A DNA stretch of 64,000 bases from Eledone cirrhosa (GCA_964016885.1 OZ024755.1:7192001-7256000); one strand, 5' to 3'. Positions 46,640 to 61,569 are shown, counted from the stretch's first letter. Program-made: numbers and translations. The notes: a model not told the origin generated them from the sequence alone.

Positions 46640-46975
46640 ATGAGTAATAGAATGGTCTCTGTTCCTTTAAACTGGCTGATCTCCTGCCACCTCGACTCAG
46701 GCATTCAAGCTCACACGTCTCTCTTCTCCTTTACAACCCATGTTGCATCCAGAGTCCAGTCTCAAGCCCCGCACTACATTCTACGCCCAATTCTTCCTTC
46801 CCAGAACGTTATCCCTCTGGAACCTTCTCCCTACCCATATCTTTTCTAGAGGAATGGACTACAGTAATTTAAACATGAACACTACTGGCATCAATCTCGT
46901 CAGTCACGCTGGGCCTACAAATGTCACAGGAACAAGCCCTTCCTCCACACCTAGCAAATAAATAAATAAATAAAC
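46640..46975 (+). pseudogene. 3' end of a CR1/L2-group LINE (ORF2 C-terminus plus tail)
   Basis: Translation FFLPRTLSLWNLLP matches the FFPRTxxLWNxLP C-terminal motif; ends in (AAAT)n. Confidence 0.7.
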
Positions 46976-48309
46976 AACATGCTGAATTCTTCCACAGTCT
47001 AATAGTTGCCCTTAAATTGTGCTTATGTACCTTGTGGTGGGACCTTCTAGAACAATGTTTGTTACTTAATCAGGTCATTGATACAGATATAGGTTTCTAT
47101 TTGTGATTAGTTCTGGACGTAGAGAGACAGTCACGTGGTGTTTCCTGTAATTAGGTTAATTACTAGAGGCAGATATAAAGACCGACGCCATCTTATTTTA
47201 TGGATATTCTGTAATAAACAGAGAAGCACCTATTACCCCCGCTCTACCATCACCTTCGCCATCCCCCACACCATCACCACCACCGCCAAAATCACTGCTA
47301 CCATCACCATCACCATATAATACAACACTTCCACTACAACCATAAAATACACCACCACCACCACCACCACGTATAATACAACATCACAACCGTCACAGTA
47401 AAATACAACACGTCAGCACCACCATCTCTAATATAACAACATATCATCCACCACTACCACCACCACCACCACCACCACCACCACCACTACTACCACCACC
47501 ACCGTACTATAATCATCACAGTCAATGTAAATTACACCACCATCGTCATCATCACCATCACCATCATATAACCACACCATCACCACTGTAAAATACACCG
47601 GTAACATCATTACAGCCGCAGGCATAAATACTACAAACACAACCGCCGCCACCACAACCACCACCACTACCACTACTACCAGAACTGCCGCTGCCACCAC
47701 CACCATCACTAGCACAACTGTTACTATCACATTTGCCATCACCACAATAACCACCAGCTCAATCATCTCTGCTCTCACCACCACCACAACCACCACTTCT
47801 ATCGCCACCACTGCTTCCAGCACCAACTCTCCTACCACCATCACCACCACCATCACCACCACCACAACAACAACAACAACAGACAACATTAATCAGGATA
47901 CGCTTCAGCCCAAGCTGTGCGGCCAACATTAAAAGCAGATTAATAAGATATCACCATCATCACCATCATTACTAGCAGGAACAGCAGCACCACTACCACC
48001 ACCACCATCTTCATCATAACCACCACCTTCATCACCACTACCACCTCCACTAGCAACAACATCATCAACATGACCACTACAACTACAACCATAACCACCA
48101 ACTGTTGATTCTACTGATAATGTTTCAAGCTAATACTAATATTACCGAATCATTGCGTTTGACCAGTAACTGTTTCTACTTTTGGCACAAGGCCAGCAAT
48201 TTTCCCAGTGTGTGTGTGACAGCTCACACCTACGCAGGTTTAGCTGGCCTCCTCCAAGGTATATCTCGTTGGAGGTGTCTTGAGTGATTTAATGAATATA
48301 TATATATTA

Positions 48310-48548
48310 TTAGAAAGTGAGGTTTTTTTTACAAAATGAAAAAATAAAACGAGGTGTCCTATACGAGTGAAAGTATAAGGAAAAAAGATGAAATCGAAAA
48401 TGCAATTGGAGTCTTTTTAAAAAATATCTATTTGGTTCCTTTACCGGTTTCGCAGTTCTTGTGCTTTTCAAGAGTAGAATTGAGATGGAGGGTTTGTTGT
48501 TTTTATCACATGTGAGAAAAACCACGAACCCTCCATCTCAATTCTAAT
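48310..48548 (-). mobile_element. Family E TA-flanked element with a U3-A8 hammerhead variant (core 48436-48479)
   Basis: Minus strand: ctc-TTGAAAA-gca caagaac tgc-GAAAC-cg-GTA-aag, with a terminal fold-back (gaattgagatggaggg/ccctccatctcaattc). Relatives at 46200-46335 and 49423-49592. Confidence 0.6.
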
Positions 48549-48686
48549 ATATATATTCTCCCGAATTAAACACTTCTAGTCCTGTGGAAGCCTTTCTATA
48601 TTAAATATTTATATTCTGTTTTGTATTGAGTACCTTACTTACTCTGGTTACCCCCGATTGAACCCGGGATAAACTTATATATATAT

Positions 48687-49009
48687 AAACGTTTGGATTT
48701 GTAAAGCCAAACAATGCAGGTATGGACATAGAATAAAAATGTAAATGTAAAAGATATTGTTGACAATTAGTCTTTTACCTTAGATTTATTTAAATGTCCT
48801 TTATTTACGAGATAATATCTCTTCTTCGGAGGGAAGTAAAGCGGTTAAACCAGTGTTCTAAATAGCTTGCCAAGTCATGCTGACCAAGTTCAGCATAACT
48901 TCAGCATTTGCATTTTTATTCTATGTCCATACCTGCATTGTTTGGCTTTACAAATTCAAACGTTTATACCTCATTACACAATGCTTCAAGTGAACTATAA
49001 CTTCCTCCT
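48687..49009. mobile_element. TA-flanked inverted-arm element with a decayed HHR and a 3' tail
   Basis: Arms 48687-48749 and ~48905-48966. Minus strand carries ccct-CCGAAGA-a-gagat att atctc-gtaaa. The tail resembles 25520-25550 reversed. Confidence 0.5.
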
Positions 49010-49059
<50 letters not shown>

Positions 49060-49256
49060 TGTATGTATGTGTGTGTGTGTGTGTATGTCCCAGGTTCAAT
49101 CGGTTGTAACCACAGTAAGTAAGGTACTCAATACATTAGTAAAGTGTATACAACAAATTTAATATAGAAATGGCTTCATGTGTACAGGGCTTTCCTGATA
49201 ATTTTCTTCGAATGAAACAGCCCAGTTCTGTAGAAGCCATTTCTATATTAAATTAG

Positions 49257-49334
<78 letters not shown>

Positions 49335-49378
49335 TTATCGAGCCCTTTTTGGACTTTAGTCTTCAAATTTATTATTAT

Positions 49379-49426
<48 letters not shown>

Positions 49427-49585
49427 ATGAAATCGAAAATGCAACTGGAGTCTTATTTAAAAAAAAAAATATATATATTTTTTAAAATAAGACTCCAGTT
49501 GCATTTTCGATTTCATCTTTTTTTCTATATACATTCACTCGTGTAGGACACCTCGGTTATTTTTCATTTTGTAAAAAAACCTCAC

Positions 49586-49643
<58 letters not shown>

Positions 49644-49804
49644 AATGTAATCTGAGTTTTTCGAATATAACTAATAAAATTCGATTCGTTTGCAATTATG
49701 CAAACAAGCCTAATTTTTAAAGCCATGTCAGTAGAATGAACCCTTCATTCTTGCTCTTGTGTTGGCATGTAAACAGAACTGCAGACATTAATGTTTTTTA
49801 AAAT

Positions 49805-49837
<33 letters not shown>

Positions 49838-52167
49838 GTATATATATGCATATATATATATGCATATATATATATGCATATATATTTATGCATATATATA
49901 TATATATATATATCAATGCAGACGCACATACATGCACTCATATACCCCCCCCCTTAACACACACACACACATACACACGTAAGCAGCCATGAGATTGCTT
50001 GTTGTCAATATTTTTTTTGCTCTATGTTGACCTCATTAATTCTAGTACAAACGGAAGGGAGCGGAATTGAAACTGGAACGCTTCGTTTTAAGTTACTTTG
50101 GGAACTTCTCAAAGGTATACACATCGCTATGGATGCTGTGTGTACATGTACACGATGTACTGTGTACTGTGGAACACTGTTGCTGCTTGTTTACCACCAA
50201 CACCATCACGACGACGACGACCACCACCACCTCCTCCACCACTATCACTACCACCACCACCACCACCAGCAGCACCACTTCCCCACTACAACCACCACCA
50301 CTTCACCACCATCATCACCACTTCACCACCACCACTACCACTTCACCACCACCACTACCACCACCACCACCACGACCACTACCATCACCACTTCGCCACC
50401 ACCACCACCACCCCCACCGCCACCACCACCGCCACCTCTGTTTTGTACCACTGGTGACAATAACAGTAGGGAAAACCATCACTAACAGCAGCCGTAGCAA
50501 ACACCACCACCACCATCACTACGATCACGACCGATAATACTAGCAGCAGCAATATCAGCAGGGAACACCACCAGAACAACCACCTCCACCTCCACCCCCC
50601 ACCAGCACCAGCACCACCACCAGCAGCAGCACCACCACCACCACATACTCCACCACCAACAAGAAGGAATACCTCCATCACCATCACCACCATCATTTGC
50701 AGCGTAGCCAGCATCGCCTCTACCACAACAGCACCTGCAGCAGGCGAACACCACCACCGCAAAAACAACAACAACAACGACAACAGCACCACCACCACCA
50801 ACAACCCCATAAGCCCAGACGCTGCCGCCACCACCACCAGCACCACCACCACCGCAACCGCCGCCATCACCACCACCACCATAAGCACTGACGCTGCCGC
50901 CGCCACCAGCAGCAGAACCACCGACACCACCACCACCACAGCAACCACCACCTCCACCAGAACAACAACAACACCAGCAACAGCAGCAGTAACAGCAACA
51001 GGCAATGACTTGAATATATCGATTTCTCTGTATCTATTAAGAAAGAAGGCTTTAGATTTAGAAGGTAGCAATCGGCGGCGACAGTGGAGAGGTAAGTGTG
51101 ATGTGGTGGCGTTGATGCTATTTTCAGCGGGAAAATATGGATTAGCGACATATATGTGTAGTCGAAGTGTGACAATTTTTTTTTTTTTTAACCTTGGGAA
51201 TCGAAACCGGGACGCTGTTTCGTGGGTCTGATTGGAAGAGCTTCTTTCTCTATAATTTACCTCCCACTTTCACTAGCTTACCGCCTGGAGTACAAATATT
51301 ATTGATGTTATCTCGACTACTATCACTACCACCACTACTACCACCACTACCACTATCACCACCACCACCACCACTACTACCACCACTACCACTATCACCA
51401 CTACAACCACCACAGCCACCACCATAAACACCACCAATACAACCACCACTATCACCATAAAAAACACCACCACTACAACCACCACTATCACCGCTACAAC
51501 CACTACTACCACCATTGCCACCACTACAACCACCACAGCCACCACCATAAACACCACCAATACAACCATCACCATCACCATAAAAAACACCACCACTACA
51601 ACCACCACTATCACCGCTACAACCACTACTACCACCACTACCACTATCACCACTACAACCACCACAGTCACCACCATAAACAACACCACCGCTACAACCA
51701 CCACTATCACCACTACAACCACCACAACAATCACCATCTCCACAACCATCAACATAAACACCACCACGACCAACACAACAATCTCCATCGCCATCATCAA
51801 TGCCATCACTATCGACACCATCACCATCACCACCACCATCACCTCTACGACCATCACAAACACCAGCACCATCACCACAACAAACATCACCACGAGCACT
51901 ACCACCACCACCACCACCACCACCACCACCACCATCACTATCATTGAACTAGCATCAACAACACCACCATAACCGCCACTACCACCACCACCACCACCAC
52001 CACCACAAATATCATCACCACAACAAACACCACCACCACAAACATCAACACCATCACCACCACCACAAACATCACCACCACCACCACCATCACAACAACA
52101 AACATCACCACCACGACCACCATCACAATCACAACAACAAACATCACCAGCATCAACCACCACCACC

Positions 52168-52221
<54 letters not shown>

Positions 52222-53044
52222 GCTGCTGTTACTACTGCTGCAGCCAAGGTCTTGTTAGTTAGCAAGCACCAACTGTAACAGACTGCAGCGGGCTTGCATC
52301 TATTGCTGCTGCTGTTGTTGCTGATTATTTATATTTATATATATTTTTTATTTTTTTTTTATCTATTTATTTACTGCTGTTGCTGTTGCTGCTGCTGCAG
52401 CTGACGCCGTGTGTTGCTTCCGCTGCTGCTAGTGTCGGTGCTGCTAGTGTCGGTGCTGCTGGTGTTGGTGCAGTGAAGAATTGTCTGTGGAGAGAAAAGA
52501 CTTAGTAGATGTGGATTTGGCGGTTTCATGATGAGTGGAAGAACAGCTCGGCAGGCTGGAATAAGACCAACTACGGAATCTTAACGAAAAATTGGACTTA
52601 GTACGTAGTTAAACCGACAAAAAACACAAACAAATATATACATATCTACACATCTTTCTCTCTATCTTCCACTCTCTCTCTCTCTCTCTCTTTCTTTCTA
52701 TATATATATGTATATATATGTATATATATATTCGTTAAAAAAATACATCGCTTATCTACGATTTGTGACCACAAACAGTGTCGGCTTTGGAATATCTACC
52801 CATATATAAGATAATTATTAATTATTCCTTTTACTATTAATTCTATTATTATTAGTATTATTATTATCAATAATTATTTATAATTCCACACCACCTGATG
52901 TCTTGTTTACGGAAAGGCAATGAAGATTACTGTTTGTGTGTTTACGAAGATTAATACCTAAGGTAAGAACCAGCATATACACAATATATATATATACACA
53001 CATATATATATTATATATATATATATACATACACATTATATATA

Positions 53045-53422
53045 TATATTTTATATATATATATGTATATTTTATATATATATATATATGTATATTTTAT
53101 ATATATATGTATATTTTATATATATATATATATATATGTATATTTTATATATATATGTATATTTTATATATATATGTATATTTTATATATATATGTATAT
53201 TTTATATATATATATATATATATGTATATTTTATATATATATGTATATTTTATATATATATGTATATTTTATATATATATGTATATTTTATATATATATA
53301 TATATGTATATTTTATATATATATATATGTATATTTTATATATATATATATGTATATTTTATATATATATATATATGTATATTTTATATATATATATATG
53401 TATATTTTATATATATATATGT

Positions 53423-53459
<37 letters not shown>

Positions 53460-54240
53460 GTATAGTTTATATATATATATGTATAGTTTATATATGTATA
53501 GTTTATATATATATATATATGTATAGTTTATATATATATATGTATAGTTTATATATATATATATGTATAGTTTATATATATATATATGTATAGTTTATAT
53601 ATATATATATGTATAGTTTATATTTATATATATATATGTATAGTTTATATATATATATGTATAGTTTATATATATATATATATATGTATAGTTTATATAT
53701 ATATGTATCGTTTATATATATATATGTATCGTTTATATATATATATGTATAGTTTATATATATATGTATCGTTTATATATATATATGTATAGTTTATATA
53801 TATATATGTATAGTTTATATATATATATATATATATGTATAGTTTATATATATATGTATAGTTTATATATATATATATGTATAGTTTATATATATGTATA
53901 GTTTATATATATGTATAGTTTATATATATATATATGTATAGTTTATATATATGTATAGTTTATATATATGTATAGTTTATATATATATATATGTATAGTT
54001 TATATATATGTATAGTTTATATATATGTATAGTTTATATATATGTATAGTTTATGTATAGTTTATATATATATATATATATGTATAGTTTATATATATAT
54101 ATATGTATAGTTTATATATATATATATGTATAGTTTATATATATATATGTATAGTTTATATATATATATATGTATAGTTTATATATGTATATATATATGT
54201 ATAGTTTATATATATATATGTATAGTTTATATATATATAT
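53045..54240. repeat. TA-derived compound satellite ((ta)n gtatattt changing to (ta)n gtatagttt)
   Basis: Direct reading; the variant switches at ~53420. Confidence 0.9.
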
Positions 54241-54243
54241 ATA

Positions 54244-54390
54244 TTAATATAGAAATGGTTTCTACAGGACTAGAACTGTTTCATTCTGGATAAATCATCA
54301 GGAAACCCTGATCCATTTCTATATTAAATATTTATACTCTGCTATGTATGGAGTACCTTACTTACTGTCATTAAACCCGGAATAAACTTA
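54244..54390. mobile_element. TA-flanked fold-back element with an HHR-like core on minus (54265-54310)
   Basis: cagggtttc-CTGATGA-tttatccagaat-GAAACAGTT-ctagtcctg; stem I register is imperfect. Relatives at 26395-26490, 48560-48676 and 49090-49255. Confidence 0.45.
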
Positions 54391-54483
54391 TATATATATA
54401 TATATATATATTGTTATACTTGGGGAGGGTCATATTGTTGTAATAATATTGCCAGAAATAATAACAGAACACACTCACTGTTT

Positions 54484-54522
<39 letters not shown>

Positions 54523-54692
54523 GTATATTAAACAGGGAACCACCTGGTCCCCGAGTCGCTGCTAAATCTAAAAATACGGTGGTATATAACAATACTAGAA
54601 ATATGTACGTGTGAGTGTGTGTAATGAATGATCTTTCAGTTATGGTTTGAACCTGTTAAGTACAGCGGTATGTAAAACACCCGAGTCAGTAT

Positions 54693-54734
<42 letters not shown>

Positions 54735-55098
54735 CTATTTATATTATTGTATATATCTATATTTATTGATATATATATATATAGGAAAAGAGTCAGGACC
54801 CCGACAGCTACAATCCGAACTCATATATATATATATATATATAGTAATAATAATAAATTTGAAGACTAAAATCCAAAGAGGGCTCGATAAGGATAAATAT
54901 ATATCAAATATATAAGAACCGTAGAGCAAATATTTAATCTGTTATTTTAATATATATATATATATATATATATAGGATGTCCCCCCCCCCCAAAAAAAAA
55001 ATATATACACACTGCAATAACATCCTAATCAAAGTGTATATACATTTTTTGGGACACCCTGTGTGTGTATGTATATGTAAATATATATATAGCTATGG

Positions 55099-55161
<63 letters not shown>

Positions 55162-55252
55162 AATTAACAGAAACATCAATAGCAACTAAAATAATATAAT
55201 AATTATAATTGTTTTCGGAAATAAAACAAATCACAAACAAAATCCACATTTT

Positions 55253-55290
<38 letters not shown>

Positions 55291-55339
55291 TCAATGTCTT
55301 CAAGGATTTAGGGGCTTGTCAGTGGAACTATTCCTTTTT

Positions 55340-56539
55340 AGTGGATTGGTGACAGAACGTTGGACAAAACGGCCAAGCGGGATTTAGTTACGTCCCTTTG
55401 CAGTTCAAATCTTCCCGAGGTCAATGTTTCGTTTTTTCCCCTTCCTGGGTCGATATTATAATATACCAGTCATGCACTAGGGTTGATTTTATCACCCCCC
55501 CCCTAAACTTCACAATCGATAACCTTGTGCCTTAATAAAGGTTGGTGGGGTGGACTGATATAGAGCTCTCCTGTATTTCACTCCGGCTCTCTAACGTCCG
55601 AGTTCAAATTCTCCCGAAGTCAACGTTTCGTCTTTTTTTCCTTCCTGGGTCGATATTATAATATACCAGTCATGCACTAGGGTTGATCTTATCACCCCCC
55701 CAACCTAACAATTGCTAGCCTTGTGCTTTAATAAAGGTTGGTGGGGTGCTCTCCTGCATTCATCCCGGCTCTCTAACTCCCGAGTTCAAATCCTGCTGAG
55801 GTCAGCTTTAGTTTTCATCCCTCCAAATTCGATAATATAAAGTACCAGTCATGATCAGGTTTCAATATAATCGATACTCCCTGCCCCTCGCCCCAAATTG
55901 CTGGCCTTGAGCTTCAGTTAGAAGTAATTATTATTATGATTAAAGCCTTTGCACGATTCTTCCGGTATTTTTTTATGATCTGAGTTCAAATCCCGCCGAG
56001 GTTATCTTTGCCTTTCATCCTTACAGGGTCGATAAGATAAAGTACCAGTAATGCACTGGGGTCATTTTAATCGACTTTCTCCCCCCACAAATTTGCTGGC
56101 CTTGTGCCTAAATCAGAAACCATTATTATTATTATTATTATTAGCAGAAGAGTTTGAACGTTGGAGAAAATATCTTGGAGGGTTTTCTTCTGTTTTTTTT
56201 TTTAACATTCTGAGTTCAAATCCCGATGGAGTTAACCTTGACTTAGATCCTTTCCAGGTCGATAAAATAAAGTACCAGTCCAGAACTGGGTTCGATATAG
56301 TCAACTTTCCCCTTCCTCGAAAATTGCTGGCCTTGTGCCTATATTAGAAACCATTCGGTGAATTGGCAGTATCGGTAGAGGGTAGGACATGCTTTCTAGC
56401 ATAGAGTTACGTCCCTTTACGATCTGAGTTCAAATCCCGCCGAGGTTAACTTTGCCTTTCATCCATACGGGGTCGATAAGATAAGGTACCAGTAATGTAC
56501 TGGGTAATTGCTGGCCTTGTGCCAAAAATAGAAACAATT
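55340..56539 (+). mobile_element. Head-to-tail cluster of ~6 SINE copies of differing age
   Basis: gttcaaat…gtcgata…taccagt body recurs at ~55400, 55600, 55780, 55980, 56210 and 56425. Confidence 0.8.
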
Positions 56540-56757
56540 ATCATAGTAGGGCATATGATTCGTTTGTGTAACATTCTGCTTAATAAGTATTTCTTTAAAC
56601 TGGAGGGACTATGGTGGTGAAGGGTTAAACACTGCTACACAAGAACTATTGGTAATATTTGTTTGGTACTGATAACATGTAAGCTGTGAGAAGGTATCGT
56701 TTTAAGGGCTGTCATTCACTGGATTCATTTTGCACACACACAAAAACACACACGGAC

Positions 56758-56796
<39 letters not shown>

Positions 56797-57027
56797 CATT
56801 GTATTATATTTATCTCCTGTGTTATTTTTTCTCCTATATATACACACTATCATATTTATATATATATTAGTATATATAAATATATAAATATGTGTATATA
56901 TATATGTATGTACATATATATATATGCATATATATATATGTATATATGTATGTACATATATATATATGCATATATATATATGTATATATATATGCATATA
57001 TATATATATATATGTATATATATATGC

Positions 57028-57061
<34 letters not shown>

Positions 57062-57157
57062 GCATATATATATATATATATATTCATACATATGTATATA
57101 TGTACATACGTACACACACATATATATATATATGAATAACTGTGTGTACAAACATAT

Positions 57158-57202
<45 letters not shown>

Positions 57203-58194
57203 TATGTGTGTGTATATATATGTATATATATATGCATAAATACATACCTATACATATATATTAATATAGACACACTTACCTGTGTGTGTGTGTGTGGAGA
57301 GAGACGTGCTGATGAGGGAACCCTAACACGAAACTTAACGTGCGTCTAGGAAATGAATCCGGTAAATTGGACGAAATACTTTAAGTACCTTTAAATGATA
57401 TCTCATGACAATGATACGATATACCAGAATATTCTGTAACAATTGTCCATAGCAATAAATATAATTCTTTTATCTCATATTACAGGGTGACTACAAAAAC
57501 ATTCCTTGATATGAAATACTTATAATATAACTTAAATGAATATTTTTTATAGTTGGCTACAGTTGCATAAACTAACTTTCATGTGGTATTAGTTGATATC
57601 ATAGACATTCGATGTGTGCCCCTTTTGTTGCTCGGCAAACAACAATGTGATAATCAAACAGTGTTTTTGATCAGTGAGACAATTATAGCTAAAATCTTTC
57701 TCACTGGGATTGGACCTTATGAAAGTAAAATTATCATTGTGGTTCCATGTCAGGTCTACACTGTATACCACCACTAAATAGTAATATTTGTTTCTGATTT
57801 AGGCACAAGGCAAAACATTTTGGGCAGGGGAAAGTCGGTTAAATCGACCCGGCAAGGATAGAAGGCAAAGCTAACTTCGTTACAAAGCAGTAATATCAAT
57901 AATGATTTCTGATCTAGGCACAAGACAAACCGTTTTGTGGGGAGGGGAATGTCGATTAAATCGACCCCAGTGCGTTATTTGTACTTTATTTTATCAACCC
58001 CGTAAGGGTCCCACACTAACAATAGGTGTCTATACTCTTCTAATCCTCAGAAAAATAAGAACACAATGTTACACTCACACCAGGAACATTGAGGTCCACC
58101 AGGTGATGAAGTAGAAACTCGCATGAAACTAAAGTAATAATTATTTCTAGTTAACCTCGGTGGGATTTGAACTCAAATCATAAAGGGCCGTAAA

Positions 58195-58408
58195 TGATTT
58201 CTAGTATAGGCACAAGGCCAGTAATTTTGGGGGAGGGGAAAGTCGATTAAATCGACCCCAATACGTTTCTGGTGCTTTATTTCATCGACCACGTAAGGAT
58301 GAAAGGCAAAGGTAACCTCGGTGGGATTTGAACTCAGATCGTAAAGGACCGTAACTCTATGCTGCAAAGTATGATGTCCGACTCTCCACCGATACTGCCA
58401 CTCCACCG
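58195..58408 (-). mobile_element. tRNA-derived SINE (plus fragments at 57790-58190)
   Basis: Reverse complement of the SINE head and body. Confidence 0.8.
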
Positions 58409-59474
58409 CCAATAGATAAATAATAATAATAATGTTTTGCTGGGCAAAATCAGAAAGGCGGTGGGGATTTAGAAGTAAACAGAAAAAAACAAGGACAGAA
58501 TCTCGCCCCATAGGAAGAAGTAACATTTTACCATCTTAAAAATAAATATAAATTGGAAGCACTTTACATAATGTAATCTTCAACATACTCCCAAAATGGC
58601 CCCGGTTAGAATGCTTTAGATCATAAATCTGCATTGATCAGGGCTTAACCAGGAGTGGTGGTGGGGGCTAAACAACAACTACAACAATAATTACAGCAAC
58701 ATTAATTGGAATAATGAAGAGGTAAACATACTAGACAATAGTGAACATTTTAGATGAGGTGACCAACAATAATAATATCGAGAGGTGTTTAAAAAAAAAA
58801 AATCAATGAGGATTTTAGATGAGAAATTTCAAAGATTTAAGCAAGAAGTCCTTCTAAAGAGTTTCGAACTACCGAAAATATATTTTGAAAGCCTCCCCCG
58901 AAAAAGCAACCCCCGTAACAATACCCCTCCCCACGCACACAACCTAAATTAGATAAAAAAAATTATGCATTGAAAATTGAATTTTAAATAATTATTTTTA
59001 TTATATTTAAACATGCGGGATTTGTAGAATCGATAGAGCGATGGATGACTTGGTTTGCGCTATCTGTTCCGGCTCTTTACGTTCTAGGTTCAAATACCGC
59101 CAAAGTCAACATTGTCTTTCATACCCATAGGGTCGATAAAATAAAGTATCAGTCAAGTACTGGGATCGGTATAATCCATTCTTCCCTTCTTCCAAATTAC
59201 TGACTTGGAGCCTAAATTAGAAACCAGTATTAAACCACAGAGTGGCTAACATCGGTGGAATCTGTACAGACAACATACAGAAAGCCAGGAAACTATCAGA
59301 ATAACCAAATAAAGGACTTAGTCGTTATATTGGACTAAGGAAACAATGTTTCCATTGGTCTTCTTTATTGATGCTATTATCTGTTAATTGCAACTACTGG
59401 CAGAAGTTCTCCTCTTTTCCTATTGTAAAAGGCTGAACAGATACGGGAAAATGTATCCTGTTGGAATCTGTTAA

Positions 59475-59685
59475 CTCTTTAGAATTTAAACCGGCCATAT
59501 CCGGCCAGAATCCTCTCACTTCTTTCTGTTCAAACCGGCTGCTGATACTAATGTTAAGGTATGTTTCTCAAAATAAATAATATAAAAATCTCATAGATTC
59601 AATATTATGTGAGATATTTATGGGAGGTAAAACCTTTACCATGAAAATATGATAGTAAATATAGAGTAATGTAAATGCTAAAGGG
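59475..59685. mobile_element. piggyBac-like MITE, second copy
   Basis: Homologous to 37001-37221; TTAA flanks. Confidence 0.75.
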
Positions 59686-60792
59686 TTTAACAATTCTACC
59701 AATCTACTACCCTTGGACTGATTCTTATTTATTGACTCCGAAATAACAAAAGTTGACATCGCTATGGTTTGAACTCAGGACACAGAGAGCTGGAACTAAG
59801 ACCGTAATCTTTTTAATCCGACGCCCTCACCACTCTGGTAATTGCTCACATTTAGAGCCTAATTCTGCCCACAGGAGAATCAATGTGATTAAGGCATTTT
59901 AGTGAAGTCGCATGGTTAGGATGTTGTATTACGATCATAATATCGTGAGTTTGAGAGCGCGACCGAGTTGCCTGTTGTGTTCGTGAGTATTTCAAGCTGT
60001 TCCAGTCAACTTGGGATTAACTGTGCGATGGACTGTCGTCCTGTCCAGGGGTAGTCTTCTACTTTCAGCCGATTAATGTCAATGAAACCAGCATAAGCTC
60101 TGGCCTAATGAAAGTCCGGGCTTCTCGCAGACTTTCATCTTTAACGTTTTAAAGGCACTTTTAGACAGTAAAGGACTTTTAAATTTATTCTAGATTCCCC
60201 ACTGATAAAAATTAACCACGGTTTCTATAACTAGGAACAGTCTATTCAACAGGCTTCCACAGTTTCCAACCTACCCACTTTCACCCATAAGGCTTACTGT
60301 TGATTTAAGACTATGGTACAAAATATTTGCCCAAGATACCAGGCGATGTGAGTGAACCTAGGAACTCATGATTGCGAAAGTATTTCTGCCAAGCCTGCAT
60401 CTAGCGATACTGGAAATAACAAACTCGACACCGGTGAAATTTGAACACAGAATGCGAGAAGAGGAAATTAAGATATCTGAAAGTATTTATTCAGGACCGA
60501 GGAGCCGCACTACACAACCTGTCAGAAATTAGTAGCTAAATCTGACTCATTGGCGGATTGTTAAAATATCTGGCGGGTTGGTTTGTAATATCTGATTTGT
60601 TTCTGTGCGTTTTGAGATCAAATCCCGCCTTATTCTGCTAGGGTTTGTGGCCTGCAGATAATATCAGCAATATAAATACTAAAGGAAACAGAGTTTCTTT
60701 GGTCTGATTTAAAAATCGGCTCATTTCCTTTGCTTTTCCTTTTACTATTGAGTAAAACTAATTATTATATAAACATATATATATATATATAA

Positions 60793-60842
<50 letters not shown>

Positions 60843-60844
<2 letters not shown>

Positions 60845-61191
60845 CGAAGGAAATGTGGTAAAGAACCAGATGGACCATAACGCACCAAAGTACTCAATAC
60901 TGAGGGTAGTAGAGTGGGTAATAGGAACGAGTAGGACCTCGACGGCTGAGCTCAAGCCGTTTCGACGGCTAATTCTGGACTAGTCCAGAATTAGCCGTCG
61001 AAACGGCTTGAGCTCAGCCGTCGGGTCCTACTCGTTCCTATATATATATATATATGTATATGTAAATGTATATATATATATAACAAAGAAGGTGTGGTAA
61101 GATACCAGGTGGACCATAACGCTCCAGAGTACTCGGATCTACCAGTTGAAACGGCCGGAGCTCAGCCGTCCGGGGCGCTGACTCTTTTCCT
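60843..61191. mobile_element. Two adjacent family D elements; the first is a near-perfect palindrome centred on gactagtc
   Basis: taggaacgagtaggacctcgacggc…ctggactagtccag…gccgtcgggtcctactcgttccta; second copy at 61082-61191. Confidence 0.75.
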
Positions 61192-61569
61192 ATATATATA
61201 TATATATCACAATAATTATTAGGATTCCAAGTCTAGGTGTGTGGTGACTATAATGCATCTAATTACCTACCATAGAAGTATAATTTGTGGCAGACATGGT
61301 TTGAACTCGGAACCTAAAGAGATGTATCTAGATATAACATGACATTTAGATTGTCACTTTCTAATGTTATAGTAATCATGTAACGTGTAGTAATAATTGT
61401 TTCTACTTTTTGGCACAAGGCCAGCAATTATCCAGTGCATTACTGGTACTTTAATTTATCGACCCCGTAAGGATGAAAGGCAAAGTTAACCTAGGCGGGA
61501 TTTGAACTCAGAATGGCAAGGGCCGTGTAGTAATAATATTGTTGAGGTTTACTAACATTTTTACTGTTT

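Noticed and set aside
57303-57346. gacgtg-CTGATGA…CGAAAC ttaac gtg cgtc as a functional HHR
   Set aside because: The cleavage triplet would be GUG and the stems are out of register; at most a relic.
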